Source: Pocillopora damicornis
Taxonomy: Eukaryota
Assembly: GCF_003704095.1 (NCBI RefSeq)
Contig: NW_020843402.1
Location: forward strand, 248,001 to 312,000
Reading direction: 5' to 3'
DNA: 64,000 bases
Positions 49,101-63,200 of the stretch are shown in pieces. The position numbers and the translations under genes are program-made. Each line of letters begins with the position of its first letter. Position 1 is the first letter of the stretch. Below the pieces are notes generated by a model. It ran no database searches. It was given only the letters and a program-made list of their open reading frames with translations, and had not been told where the DNA came from.

Positions 49101-51409
49101 GCACAATACTTGTCTTTGAAAAATAAATTTAATAACCTGACAGACAAAAATGAAATACAAAATTGTTTACCTGGAAAAGATCTAGTGTTTTGTTGAAGCC
49201 TGCAGTGAGAAGAACCTTGGCACTTGGGTGGAATTCCACACACTGTAAAGTTGCCTGTTAAGAGACAAAAGGGGCCTGATATGTTATACAGAAAATGCCA
49301 CACTGTGTATGATGATCAGCATTTTAGGTTTGGTCCAGATTGCCTATCAGCATGTGGTGTTGGCTAGCTTAAGTAACAAGTTCTTGTCTTAAATCTGTAT
49401 TAATTTTTTATTAGCTATCTGGATTAGTAAGTTTTTTTAGCATTATAAAACCACAACAAACTCTGATTCTAAGGTGAAGGAAAGGGTAGCCAACAGTCTG
49501 TGTATCTAATACACATACAATGAAATAAATATTGTGACACCTGACAACAAACAAAAATTAAACATCACATTAATACATCAATTCAACATCAAAGGTGCAT
49601 TTGAATGTTTCATATTTCACTTACATTTGACGGTTTTTCAATATTTGCATCTTTGATTCTTTTGATGTCAAGAATACCACGGGGAAGATTATTTGCTTTT
49701 TTAGTCAGAAGATTTCCTGCTCGCTGTAGTATCAAGTCTTCCTCTTCATCTTCGCTAAGAGAATCTTTGATACAAAGTATAAAACCAAAAAATTAACCAT
49801 TATCTTGTGGATAATTTCAAAACTCTATCAAAATAATAACACATCTTAAGAGCTCTTTCATAATACCTTTCCTCTTCTTTTTGTCCAGGTCTGCCCAACT
49901 TGCATCACCATATATTTTCTGAAACCTACGTTTGGAGTAAAACAGATGGTTGTCAAGTATTGAAACCTTTCACCACTAACTTGTAGCTTCATTTAGTTAA
50001 AAAAAGAAAATTGTCACTCCTAACACTAGTAAGAGTATGGAGAATAAAAAATTGTGGATAGTTTAGACTATAAGTTAACTAGAAAACTCAGTTAACTAAA
50101 AAAAATCAACTTACTGTTGTTTCAGCTTTTGAGTATATTTTTTCCCTGTAATAACTGTCTCATCTTCGGTATCCCGTAGCTTTTTTAAACGTGACATTGA
50201 TGTGATCTCGATTCTACAAAACAATAACCAATGATAAAATAAGATACTGATGGTACACTCTATTGAACAACATTGAACTAATCTAAGGACCACATTTAGA
50301 TATCTTGTGTCACATCGCTGTACAAAGAATGCTTTTGAACATTATATGACCTTTTGTTTTCTTAAAATGTAGCCTTGTTTTGTTTTGATTGCCTGATTAT
50401 AAAATATCCTTTTGGCCAGCCACACAAAGAGTTATTTCAGTTTAGTTTCCTTTACATCATAGAAGTATATTAGGCCTTTTTTCATGCAAACATTTTAGTT
50501 TTAAGGAGTTGTCCCTGGAGCAAAGAGGAGTTTTATAAGAGTCTTTCAGAGTTTTTTTACAACTTGGAGTTCATTCCCGGAGCCAAGATCAGACGTAAGT
50601 CACGATCGTTAGTTGTGTTTTCTGTCATCAGATTTGTAGTTTAGCTCGTTTCCTTAGCTTAGACAGATTGTGCATTCCTTTTAGTTTTCACTGCAAGTGT
50701 TGTAACAAGTCGGCTAGCCTGATTACATGATTTAGTCCAATAAACGTGTGTAAGAGTCTGCTGTCCATCCTGTACTCCACTGTGGTTGACCTGGCGGACC
50801 CAATTACACTGCACCCTGTGTCTGCCGTGCTGGGAACACGACATCTTGTATGTATTTTAAGCCAAGATTTAAAAGTTGAGGGAAATATTTTTATGGAGCA
50901 AGTACATGGCAAACAGGCCCCTTTCTCACTCAGTATGACTAGAATGGCCCAATGGCCTGACAGTGAAAAGTATAGTTACATTACTCTGAATGCAATGTAC
51001 TAAAAAACATGAAATACATGAATCCTTCTACTAAGTGTGAAAGAGAAAAGAGGGACTTTGTTCTCAAAGAATGAGCAAGGTCTACATTTTGATGGCTCGG
51101 TGGCTCGTCAGCTTGTAAGTAAGACTTGATGCTTAAAGAAAATGAAAGATAAACATTTTGATGGCTTGATAGCTCATCAGCTGCCCAGTAGTTGCATCCA
51201 TTTGAATTTGATTAAATTCAGCCACCGAGCCATGCAATTCATTCAGTGAAGCACTTCCAAAAGTGGCCCTTTAATCAACAATTATTTCCATTATTATTTA
51301 ATATACTCCCACAGTACCTCTCTTCATCATCAGCTTCATCTTCCCACACTGGCTTTCGCTCCTTGGTGATTTCTTTATCATTCTTTTTAGTAATATAGTG
51401 GAGTTCATT

Positions 51410-51449
<40 letters not shown>

Positions 51450-52036
51450 CTGTCACTTTGATCTTCGTCATCGTCATCATCCTTGTTAATATAAGTGTTA
51501 TTTTCAATACATGTACATTTGGTAGGTTGACAAGCACGTTCGTAAGGCACCCCAGCTCGTTAAACAAAGAGCAAACGTAAGATGAAGATTCTTTTACCGA
51601 GTGCCGCAAAGCTATATCATTGCCTAAAAAAATGTCCACTCAGGGCAAGCCTTTACGTGTCGATTTTCACATTTCTATAACGATTATCAGCATTGACACT
51701 TCTAGAGTGGTAATTTCAAGGTTATATATAACCTTTAATTTAATGTGTATGATACTGAGTAGGCCACATGCAACAATTGACATTAATAGCACATATTCAC
51801 AATAAATAAGATGTAATTTTCACCTCGTCATTTGAACTAAAAGCAACTCGATCTTCGGCCAAGTCCTTCTCAATTTCTTTAATCACATCGCCTTCACCTC
51901 CAAACACTAGTCTTTCTAAAGTTCTCTCAGCTTCGTCATCTTCGGTCTCAGAAGCCAGGGTCTGTTTCTTTACTTTAATAGGTGTCTCTTCAGAGCATTT
52001 TTTCCCAAGGTGGCTTCGAACTTTTCTTTTTAGCAT
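46198..52036 (-). CDS. UTP18: U3 snoRNA-associated protein 18 homologue (WD40), multi-exon
   Basis: Exons encode ERTLERLVFG, RKPVWEDEAD, LDIKRIKDAN, VEFHPSAKVLLTAG, IDGQTNPKLQSVFLERFPI, TKQWIGNLKMNGSV, HKFRDEGCL, SDSGVVNIYD, PKPLKAIMNLTT, FNSTSEILAMSS, VHLPSLSVFSNWP and FSPNSGYLSIGNDRGKALLYRLNHFTDS*. Confidence 0.93.
51092..51233. mobile_element. Small element with 14-bp perfect inverted ends in a UTP18 intron
   Basis: atggctcggtggct ... agccaccgagccat. Confidence 0.5.
51405..51481 (-). repeat. (GAT)n coding microsatellite giving a poly-Asp tract in UTP18
   Basis: The (tca)n run translates as DDDDEDQSDSDDDDDDDDDDDDDNE in frame with RKPVWEDE. Confidence 0.85.
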
Positions 52037-52319
52037 CTCAAAGTATGTTGTTACTAAAGAAAAACAGCTGAAAAATCAGTTTCAAAAGCCAAATTTTACA
52101 CACGCGGAGTCAACGATCAGCGGTTTCTCTCAACTCGTTAATGGTGTGTTAAATACAAATAATACTGTGTTTTCTCTCTTTCTATTCTCTCTTCTATTTC
52201 TTTCTTAAATCAAAAAATATTCTGACAGGATACATAAAAAATAAAATTCAGAATTCAAAACTTCTTTGGATAGCAACATTCATTTTTACCCTTCCTTTGG
52301 TATATTTTCCTATTCGTGC
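52037..52319. promoter_or_regulatory. Probable bidirectional promoter between UTP18 and the F-box/LRR gene
   Basis: Divergent start codons lie 283 bp apart. No specific promoter motif was identified. Confidence 0.55.
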
Positions 52320-55090
52320 ATGTTACATGATACTGTTGACACCTCTTCTGCGCAAATCATGGATTCCGGAGTCGACTTGGAAGCTTTTGAAGAGCTGACG
52401 AGACTTACCGCAGACCTTGCGGAAGACAACTCAAAAGATGAGTTTGAGGATGAAGACATCGAAGAGACTCTTTTGTTGGAAGAACTTCCCACTAAAAAAT
52501 TTCTGGAGCAATCAGTGATAAAACAGCGCGAAGATAACATCTGTCCATTTGACATTCTTCCAGAGGAAATCATTCTCAGAATATTTTCATTCTTTACCCT
52601 TGGTGAATTGTGTAGACATGTGGCCCCAATTTGCAAAATGTGGCTACATTATTCCAGATGTCCACTTTTACGACAGAAACTTTCATTCTGGGAAAGTAGC
52701 CGAGAAAGATCTCTTGAAGAGATTAACGACATTATCCAATCGAATTTTACTCTTCTCAGAGACCTGTGCCTTCAGCCGAGGATGGAATTGACGTTACACG
52801 GCTGTAGATTGTTGGCACAATCATGCCCTCATCTGCAGACACTTTCTTTGTCTTTTTGTAGTCAAGTCAACAAACCGATTATCGATCAATTTGTCACGTT
52901 TTGCCCAAAGTTACGTGACCTTAACCTAGCAGGATGTGGCGTGACTGATCAGTGTTTGGATGGCCTGAACAAGGTACCCCTGAGGAAATTCAACGCCTCT
53001 CATTGCACTAAGCTTACAGACGATGGACTTAAGTTTCTTTCAACAAAGTGCCATCAACTTTGTCACCTAAATTTTGATGGAATTCAGTGGATCACTCATG
53101 ATGCAATTACAGTGCTGGTGGAAAATTGCTATAGACGTCTTGAGTATCTCTGGCTTGATGGTGAAAACATGACTGATTGTACTGTTCAACTAATTGGGAA
53201 ATGCTACCATTTGAAGTAAGAGGACATTTTGAATATGTGATTGGAACAAGTTGACTGTGCTCTTAATTTAGGTAATAAAGTCCTTGTCTCAGCATTCAAA
53301 CAGACTGGATATGAATGGAAGTCGTAATACTTGTCATCCTCACAAGCTTGGTGATCAACTGTTATTATAATTCAATTTGTTTCAACTATTTGGTTATCTC
53401 AGATATTTTCTTAGGTTAACTTAACAATGGCTTCACAATGACATTGAAGCATTGGTTACTTTCACTACTTTTACCCTATCGAGTGATTGATGCTAAACTC
53501 AATTTAACTCCTAGAAGTTATTGACCTGAAACTTCTCCCTGTAATATTCATACATTATTCAGCAAACAGGAAATGAGAATATTCAAACATATCAGGTAGA
53601 AGCTGCCATCCTTATTTAGCACCAAGCTTTCATAACTAATTCACAAGGAAATGTGTGGCAGTCAGAGAGGAAAATTAACAATAAGATCTTGGGGATTAAA
53701 GGGTTAAAAGAAGATTCATATGAAGTTTTGTGGGAGAATCAGGGGCCTGACACAGTGAATGCACGGGACTCTTGATATTAGACCTGACCAGGTCATGTTG
53801 TTGTTCCTGGTCATGGAACTTTCCACTCACTGTGACTCTCTTTACTCAGGAATACAAACAGGTAGCAGTAATCTCTCCTCTCTCCCAAGAACCTGACGAA
53901 ATGCTGGGGTCATCTTCAATGGTCTAGCCATTCATATGAAAGGAGGAGGGGGGAGGTTGGTGATATTCTTCATCACCTTATGCTATGGAGACCAAGTAAA
54001 GCTGCAACGTGTAGTGAGCTACCTGCCTTAAGTGCAGACTGGATACTAAGTTTTTAAGCTCAATGACACTGACTGTTTTTGATGAATTTTCAGATGTTTG
54101 GGTCTGTCGTTTTGTACCTCACTAACTGACCAATCACTGGAATGTGTGCAGAACATGAAAAATCTTGCATCACTAACGTTGAAAAAAGGTACAGAGTTTT
54201 CTGCCAAAGCTTTAAAAGAACTTTTTGAACATCTTCATCCACAAAATTCAGGTAGTGCTACTGGCTTATTCCATGTCAATGTCGCAGAGTGTACAAACCT
54301 TAATGATGAAGCTGTAAGCTCGCTTGCTGAAAGGTAATGTAGAGTAGATTGTCATGGTGATTATAATTAATAAATTTTGAAAAATTTTAGCTGTGACTTT
54401 AAATACATGTAAACTATATTTTACACTTAAGATTATTACTCTTTCAAAACATGAAGTACAACAAACTAATTTTTTTAATATAAGCCCTTGAAGCTTTAAA
54501 GTTTTTTTTTCAGTTATTAGCATTAATTTCTGTGGTACCTTGCTTTGAATAGTGATGTTGTTCAATCTCAATTCTGACACTTCCATCTGATTTTAACAAG
54601 TCTGTTTGAAACTGGACAGGTGCATCTGATTTTGGATGTTTTCATTTGATCTTTAAAAGGATAGCTTTGTTAAATTATTAAACTTATCAAAGGTCATAAT
54701 TTTCTTTTAATATTTGAGCAGCCTAATCATGTCCTTTTATATTTTTCAAACAGCTGCAGAAATCTGCGAAGCATTGATATCTCCTGGTGTTGGGAAGTTA
54801 CTGATGTTGGCCTTGGACATGTGATCAACAAATGTCACCAAATGATTGATATGAACATCTGTGGTGCTAAAGACTTTCGTGGAAATCCATTAAAGAAAAT
54901 ACCACAGCAAATGCCTAGATTAAGACGACTTGATGCATCACAATGCAATCTGGTGCCAGATGAATTATTGGATGAACTTGTGTCAATAATGCCACAAATG
55001 ACTGTTATTAATTATTATGGCGAGGAAGTTCTTCCACCGAAATATATTAGTGAGACCCATATAGTTAAGGTTGGGACATGGTTTAAATGA
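52320..55090 (+). CDS. F-box/LRR-repeat protein (FBXL-type; exons 52320-53215, 54094-54333, 54754-55090; alternative ATG at 52359)
   Basis: F-box FDILPEEIILRIFSFF...VAPICKMW, followed by cysteine-containing LRRs (LQTLSLSFC, LRDLNLAGCGVTD, SHCTKLTDDGL, AECTNLNDEAV, ISWCWEVTDVGL). Phase-2 introns are consistent. Confidence 0.9.
53740..54040 (+). mobile_element. Degenerate SINE (a second copy lies on the - strand at ~55310-55480)
   Basis: ggtcatgttgttgttcctggtc...tcactgtgactctc matches the reverse copy gagagaggcaatgtg...aacacaacacaatgacc. The core resembles common invertebrate SINEs. Confidence 0.5.
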
Positions 55091-57271
55091 CAGCAATATT
55101 ATGAGTAACCTCAGTTGATTATCAGGTTTCTAAGCTCTCAAAATACAACTTGGGAACAGGCTATCATACTGAAGGGTTCTTGTCTATTTGGTGTTGTTTG
55201 ACTGTTTCTTATGGCAATTGAACAAGATCAGGTGTTGATTTTATGAACAGGTACTTGAGTTTTTGTGAAATGCTTGTTCTGTTCAGCAATCTTTGCTTTC
55301 TCCTTTGAGATGGGAGCTTATCAGATCTATCTCATGGTTACCTTCCTCCTCCCCCACCCCTCAGTATTTCATTCAGTTTCCAAGTCAATTCACTGGTATT
55401 TGGAGAGAGGCAATGTGTCTATTGTAGCTTCTTACCCAATAACACAACACAATGACCTGGTTGGGTCTTGATCGTGGACCTTTCCATTAGAATGATGCAA
55501 AAAATGCAATATACATAAAAGGGTAAAGATTGAACCACAACAAACCTCTCCAAAAAAACTGAAAATGAAACTAACCCCTGAAGTTTGTGTGATACACTCA
55601 ATTTTTATTGTCACTAACAGTTAACCACTAGATGACAGTGAAGCATTTTAAAAACTTTCAGAAGTTTCACATGTATGCTGCCATCAGCTTAATCACTTCT
55701 ACCAGCATGGCTGTTTCTTTCCAGAAAGCCTGTGATCAGAGTTTTACACTCTGGGGGAGTATCCTGCCCAATGTAAAAAAAAAACAAAACAAAACAAGAC
55801 AAAGAAAATTAAGGATAACTTGAAGGTTACTGAACCCCTTTCAAACTTAGGTATGAAACTTAGTAATTTCTCCTCACAATATCAATACATTGTTAACCAG
55901 GGGGGCACAGCACAACAGTTTCTCTAGAAACTTACCCCCTTCATAATGGATGACACACAGTCTGGGCTTTGTCTATTGCACTCAAGACTGACCTCACAAG
56001 GCCATGCAGTCTCTCACTCATGATGAAATCTTTCATAAAATTTTAATAGCAACGCCGGAGAAGGAGGATTGTGATTTTGTTCTTGAGAATAGTTGGGTTT
56101 GAAGGCATAGAAACTTAACTGTAGGCCCCACTTACCTTCTTATATGCTTCAAACGGAAGCATCACATCTCCCTGAAAGATGAAAATGTTTCCACAGTGAT
56201 TCACCTTAGTAATAGTTTACTCAAACTATTGGCAGGTTTATTGTTAAGAAAATCAGTTATGCAAACCAGAGGCTTTTGTTGGCTGGTTACGATGAACAGC
56301 TTGCAATGAAGCTGAGAATATTTGGAGGACTTTCTTTGACAACTATTACGAATGGCTGAAACATCATCCGCTCGTTGTGTTCAAGTTTCATATTATATAC
56401 TTGGGGGAATGATGATCTATTGGCTGACAATGTGATCACGATTACAAACTAGGCTGCTGGTTATTTTTAAAGCACTGTAACTCACTTTGCTGCCATGTGG
56501 ATTTACTCTGTATATATAGCCTGTGGATTGGAGAAGAAAATATTCAGTGAGATGCCATCTATTACGGAACATTTACTTACATGTGATGATTTAGGCATTA
56601 TTAAAAAATAATCTAAAATAGCGTGAAAAACATTTATAGTATCCTTAACTAATTTGGTAAAGAAGACCCTCATTTGATGCCTATAAATCATCAATAAAAA
56701 TTTTAACTTAAAAGATCATTACAGTTGCACACATTGACAACGTAGCTACCCGCGAAGTCAAATATTAGGAATCATTAAGTACTAGTAGTGTCTATGATGG
56801 GTTATCCTTGAGAAACACAGAAAGACCCAAGATTAACACTGCTTCTTAAAAATGTTCGACAGTGTCGCACTAGGCAAGCTCTTTTTAATTTATTTTTCGT
56901 TAATGTGGCTTGGATATTCTCTCGGCATGATGTTTACGTGACGTTTTTTGAGGTGATAGATTAGCCTGTTCCGCCTTTCGTCATCGTTGGGTGTATGTTG
57001 TAAAAAGCATAAGGAAGCCTGCTTGATGTTACCGCGATAAGTCAGATTGGCTGCCATTTTCTCCGCCCTCTCCACTTTCTTTTCCTCTGGAGGGTCACCT
57101 GTGAATCAGTTAGCCGGATTCAGGCTATATCCGTGGACATTGACATTTTTACATCAAATGCTTGTAAAAAGATGGATGCGGCTGAGGTTGTTTTAAGGGA
57201 GCTACAAAAGAACCTTCTTGTGAAGTTTGTAATGGTTTCTTTGCAGCGATGGAAACTCAGTTCTTCATCGC

Positions 57272-60200
57272 TTAGTTTTTAAAGTATGCTGGTTTTAAAA
57301 AAACAAACACACTAGAGGGGCTTGACATATTTCTACTTATGGTGAATATTGATTTTTTAGTTAAGTATAAAAGCATTGTCAAACTAGTGAGGTTCACGAC
57401 GTTGTCAAAATCCCAATCTAACAGGATTCTTTATCGTTGCCAGTTTACGACTGCATAGCAAGTACGTTATAATTTTAACTGACATCCGGTACAATTAAAC
57501 TGACATAGAAACTTTTTAACCAACCTTTTGTATCTATTTCGCCATCAGCAAGCTCTTTTCCAGCCGTAACAATCTCATTGTTAAACTGGATATTTTCTCG
57601 TGCGTGTTTAGCGAACTTTTGTGCCGCAGGTGTTAAAAACCTCCTACAAACTGTGGTCCAAAAAAACTTACACAGTTAAAAGATTTAAACCTCCCCTAAT
57701 CTGAAAATTAAATAAAAGAATAATTTTGTGCTTAAAAAAATTAAAATAATTCGTGATGTGTTATTTTCCACCTTAAGTAAAAGGAATATATCTGGAATAT
57801 TTATTTCTGTCGCGATAAAAAGATAATGTTCAAATTATTCAGGTAGAGCACCGACCCGCAAAATTTGAATAAAAGATCAAGCAGTCCTCCCAGAGAAAAA
57901 TTGGAAGACCAAACTCGACCTGAAGTAAAGAGTTTTACACTGGCCCCTCGTATCTGTACACCCACCTCCCATCAGAAATATCAACTGCTTAATGGCGGAT
58001 AATCATAGTACCTTTTGCCTCTTGAACCAACTTCATCAATTCATTTTCACAAGCTGTAGAAAACAAACAAATAGAAAAACAAAGAAGCAAAACATAAAAC
58101 CTTACTTTACACTGGAGAAGAGGGAACAGTTGTGTGCTGTACCCAGTCCATCACGATGACGACATTTTGCCTTTAATCAGCACAAATTCCCAATTTAGTC
58201 CTCCAATTCTGGTTAAAAAAATAATACTCTTCATTCCTGAGAGATGTACCCGTGACCTCAAATTGATGTGAAATTACTATTTAAAAAGAGTCTTTATATT
58301 TTGTTTGTGTAAGCATCTGTATAACTTACACACTAACCCGTAGTGTGCAATGTAATGAATTAGGTAACAGAAAACCATCCTGTGTTTCACTTTATATAAA
58401 AAAAGCAAACATAATCGTGCATGCAGCTTGAGACGAAGCCTGAACAACAGACAGTCCTGATTTTGGTTTTACCGTTTACTTTCCTTTTTCTCGTTCTTTT
58501 TAGGTGCTGTAAAACAACAACTTCCTCGAAAACTACCAAACCAAAAAACTCAATCGCGAGAGCAAAGTAATCCGTGGACTTAATATGGCGTTGCGGCTTA
58601 AATGTGCTCAAACGTGTCTGAGCTTTTTGTAGCTTGGATTAGTTTCAAAATTGTGAAAGATATTGTATTTAATATTTCACCTGCCCAAGGAGCATAGGAA
58701 CGCAAAGCATGAGAAGCCGGCAAGTTTTTTCCTGGTTCCTCTTGTGGTAGTTCCTCTCTCTCGTTGATATATGTATCCAGATCTGCTGTCCAAAAAATGA
58801 CATAAAAAAACTTAAGGAAATTAAAGTACCTTAAATACGCAGTTGTAAACTGAAAATTTCGGTAGCATTTATAATAACTGCAATTGATGGCCTGGAAAAG
58901 GATCTCCTTAAGTTACAATATAACTTCCAACTGACTCTCCTTTGTTTTATGTCCCTGACCTAAACATGAAAAATAAATTTCCTTTAACTGCATGGCTGCC
59001 TGGTATTTTAAAGTCTTAGGTAATTTTGTGTCGCCCGCGCCCCAATACTTAAATTTTTCCTTTCGTATAATATCATAAACGCTTTCCTAATAAAGTTATT
59101 TGGCCACTTTTATCCATTTCGAGTCATCTTTGCTATGACTAGCAAATTGTGCACTCGACAAGTCTTTCTGAGATAAGCCCCTTGATTCCAAGACTGGAAT
59201 TTCAGCTTTTTGAGCGAGACTCATTGAAAATGTACTGGTATAGATGATGTCAAACGTGGTTTGAGTAGAGAAAATCTTCACTGACGTGACTGTCTATTGT
59301 CTAACTGCCTTTTGCCTTCATAGCTACAAGTATCATGGTAAGAATTTACACCTTCATACCCGCTGGAGCAGATTGGACTGTAAGAGAAACTGTCAACAGA
59401 ACTACGGCAAAGATGGCTGCCCCCATGATAATCTTTGGATAATTCCTAAGTTGACATGAAATATTTTAGTTCAAGTAAGCCCGGTTCGTACCTGGAAAAG
59501 TCTATGTCCAGTGTGGGTGAGTGGGTAGGTCAGTGAACCGACAGGCTGGAATACGTGTACGTTTTACACTTACAATAAATTCAAGAAGATAAATCAGGTA
59601 TTGCTGTTTTGTTTAAAGGAGGTGTCGCACTCTTCTGAAATTCTTCAACTGAAACTTTGAAGTAGTGACCATTTGTCCATTTTTTTTACCCGAAATTGTC
59701 ACCTACCCCGAATTTTATTAGTCGTAAATTTCTTTCCAATACTGACCTTTGTTGTAGTAAAAGAGAGAAGGTTTCCTTCTTCACTCGATCGATTTGTAAT
59801 GATATGACTCCTGCAAGAGGTTTAAAAATGTCTTATAGTATTGTCCTGCATAAAAATCTACTAGGGGAGGAAATTGGAGACGAAACAATAAAAATATGTA
59901 TTTATAATTCTTTGTGCCGATTAGCTATCCGGTGGTGGAGGTCTTTTTCACAAAAGAACTTGACGCTATAACAGGCTTATTAATTGTTGAATAGAGATCG
60001 ATGAGGGAGGTTTCAATCTTATCAGTTTTAGCGTGGGACCAGAATCTTTGAAAACTTTATGTAGCAGACAGTATTTGCACTACAAAGTTATTTTTTTATT
60101 AGACCTAAAACAGCATGTTACCCTCTATGAACAATTACTTAATTTGTGGCCAATAAAAATAGTGAATGAAATACGAAAAACCTTAGCAGGGTTCTTTGCG

Positions 60201-63200
60201 AATGTGAGATTAATTTTCTATGCCATAAGGATAAACCAGTTCTGATACATCTATTGCTGGCTGGCAGCTGGCAGTTGTAGAAAACAAAGATTAGGTAACA
60301 TTATGACATTAGATGAATGTTCTGTTCCCTCGAAGGATGATGAAAAACAGTGATGTTGATTTGCTCGAAAGAAAGGTAAGAAAGAAAGACTCTTGAATGT
60401 TTTAAAATGGTTTTAAATCCAAATTTACCATCGCCGAGGTAAAATTGACAATTTTTACACTGGGCTAACACAATAGCACCCTTGGGAAAAAGATGGTACA
60501 TCAGCCTCCTCCAGTTATGGGATTTTCTCAGCAACAGGAACAACAACAAAAAAAGCAACACGAGGTTGATGAATTGCACCGTATGTTACTTTCAATCTCT
60601 ACTGAATTGAATGATAGTCTACGGGAGAGAGAGCGAACGAAATGAAATGCTCATCGGACCTCAGTAAGGACACTTGAATACGGCTACATATCAGCGTGGG
60701 ATCTCGTTTCTTTTCTAATCACAAACTTTTCAAAGCTATCGATGGTCAAAATAAAGAGATCGCTCTTCGGCCGTTATTTTTGGAAAACGAAAGAAAAAAA
60801 ATGGCGACCGAAACTGTACCATAAGATGAGTTACCTCTCCTGCAGGGAGGAGTTTCAGTTTTGCCTCAATTGCATGGTTAACAATGAATAAACACTTTTA
60901 AGGTAAAAGTAGTTTTGCTTGTCATTCATTTGAGCAAAGGCTTAGAAAGTTTTCAGATAGACGAAAGTCCTTGACTCAGTTCGAGTGAATTGATTTTCCA
61001 GGCTTCAAATAAAGTACCCTCACGTTTGTGACAGACTTGAAACTTGTTTGCATGGCTGATCTGACTGACTACGAAGGATTGAAAAATTCTTATTTTCAAA
61101 AATGGAGGCAATTGACGAGAGGGGCTCTTCGTTAAACGTCACTGAAACCGAAATTAGGCATATGCTGCATCGTGACGATAAGACGAAAAGATAAAGTTCA
61201 CAAAGATCTCTGCTTTATTTTTGCTTTTGATAACATAATTCTATGCTACAAAAGATGTGCACTACATTAGTTCATCGTTAACAGCAATTCAGCCATTATC
61301 TATGTTCCATTATTTCCTTCCTTTATTTCAGCCTTTGAATCCTGTAAGATGAAGAAAAAGTCCAGGCAATCTTTATTTTCCACATGATGCTTAAGTGCAG
61401 CTTCCCTCAAAAACCACATCAGAATTTTTCTTTGTCGATCTAAAGGGAAGCTCTGAGTTATCGGGGGTTCTAGCCATCGGGGGAGTCGATTGTAGCGGAT
61501 AAGCCGGGGAATATTAATCCTGTTTTATATTGTTATAACTTCTCTGTATTTACATTTAGGAGCTGACCGTGTTGGATTATGAACTTACCTTGATAGGTCG
61601 GCATATTTGTTTTCTTTCTCCACATGCATGGAATTCCAGTCATTAATGGCTCCCCCTGAAACAACTCATCGATAATAACATTCAAACTCAGTTTACCGAC
61701 ACTTTGAAAATTTCTAAATTTCAACGACAACGACGATACAAAGTACAATCTCCTTGGAAGGGAAATACTTTAGGATGCCGTCTATTATTAATTCTGGGCA
61801 GTATAAATTTTTGAGCCTAAGAACAACATTAAAAGTGCCTCAGAGTCGGACGTTTGTTATGGTACATACAACTACAGATTGAAAAATAAGTGATTTTAAA
61901 TCGATCAATCAATTCACTCTACATTTTTGTTAATTTCTCGACTTGAGAGCTGTGCTTGTCATAACTAATGTACACAACTTACAAACCGGAAGTCCTCGAC
62001 ACAGAATGTTTTACCGTTGACTTAAAAGTACTGAGTGAGTAATAGGCAATGAATAAATAAAATCTCATTTACTTCCTGATCTCTTGTGGTTTGCAAGCAG
62101 TCCTCTGCCCAAATCGTGGTCACGAACTGAAGAATAACATAACGTCATGAGCATGAACTGTTGAGGTTCAGAATTTAATACAAGAGACGAATGATGATTT
62201 TGATAAAAGTTCCATTCACACCTTTCTTAAAAGTATCCTCGAAAGCTGCAACGAGATAAAAACAGATATTAATCACTTAAGTGATCACTGTTTTTCACAG
62301 AGCCTATAATTTATCATTCAACTACTGGTTCACATCTGATATCGCTTTAGTATAAGTGTGTGCCTCTCTTGAAACATTGTTTCACGATAAAAATTAACTT
62401 TTAGGTCTGTGCAAGACCTACATAGACCTAGCGAGGCACGATCAGCCAACTCACAATGGACTGAAATTGCATTAAGCCCAAAGCAGACGGACTTAGTATG
62501 ACTAAAGATGCCAGACAACTCCACAAGGACCATATTATAATTGATTTAACGCCAATCAGAAGAGAGTGGAGTAAGGACATTCAAGTCATGATTGAAATCG
62601 GTTCAGGGAGAAATGAACTGGTGTAACAAGATGGATAAACAAAGCACGTACGAACTGCAAAGGAGTGCATTTTAACCAGGAAACTAAGCTAACAAAGTAA
62701 AAGGAACTCACCATCGACGACTTCCTCGGTGTCGCCTGCGTCCTTCACCAAGTCTGAAAAAAACACATACACGATTTTCCATAGGATTTATAAGTAGCCA
62801 AGACCGAGAGTGTACCTGAATACTCTGTTGTGATTAATTGTATATTTGGACAAACTGATCTAAACTACTCTCAGACATTGACTCGTCAAACCTGCCAACA
62901 ACTGAACTAACAAAAAAACCCCTAAACTGGTTTATTTCATAACCAAAATCTTTTTTGTCGTATAATCATCGAGCTACGGAACGAAAGAAAAATCCTTACA
63001 AGTGAATCCTGAAAACTGGTAGAACGTTCTTAAAATGTGGTTTACTATTTCACGTTTGCCGCAAATGAATTTACTCTTCTTACCTTGTTTAATCAACTCT
63101 TCCACATCATCATCTGGTGAAATAATTCAGATAAAACAAAAGCTAGTTAAGTTACAGTCACCAAATCTATCCGTGAAGGATCATAGAAAGGTGGAACAAA

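Noticed and set aside
51298-51639. Poly-Met and poly-Ile ORFs
   Set aside because: They are alternative frames or strands of the UTP18 poly-Asp (GAT)n repeat.
58100-58190. Extra exon of the micro-exon gene
   Set aside because: It has AG and GT signals, but every frame tried introduces a stop or breaks phase with its neighbours.
60478-60580. Plus-strand Q-rich exon-like stretch (KMVHQPPPVMGFSQQQEQQQ...) ending in gtatgt
   Set aside because: No partner exons or start could be identified; low complexity.
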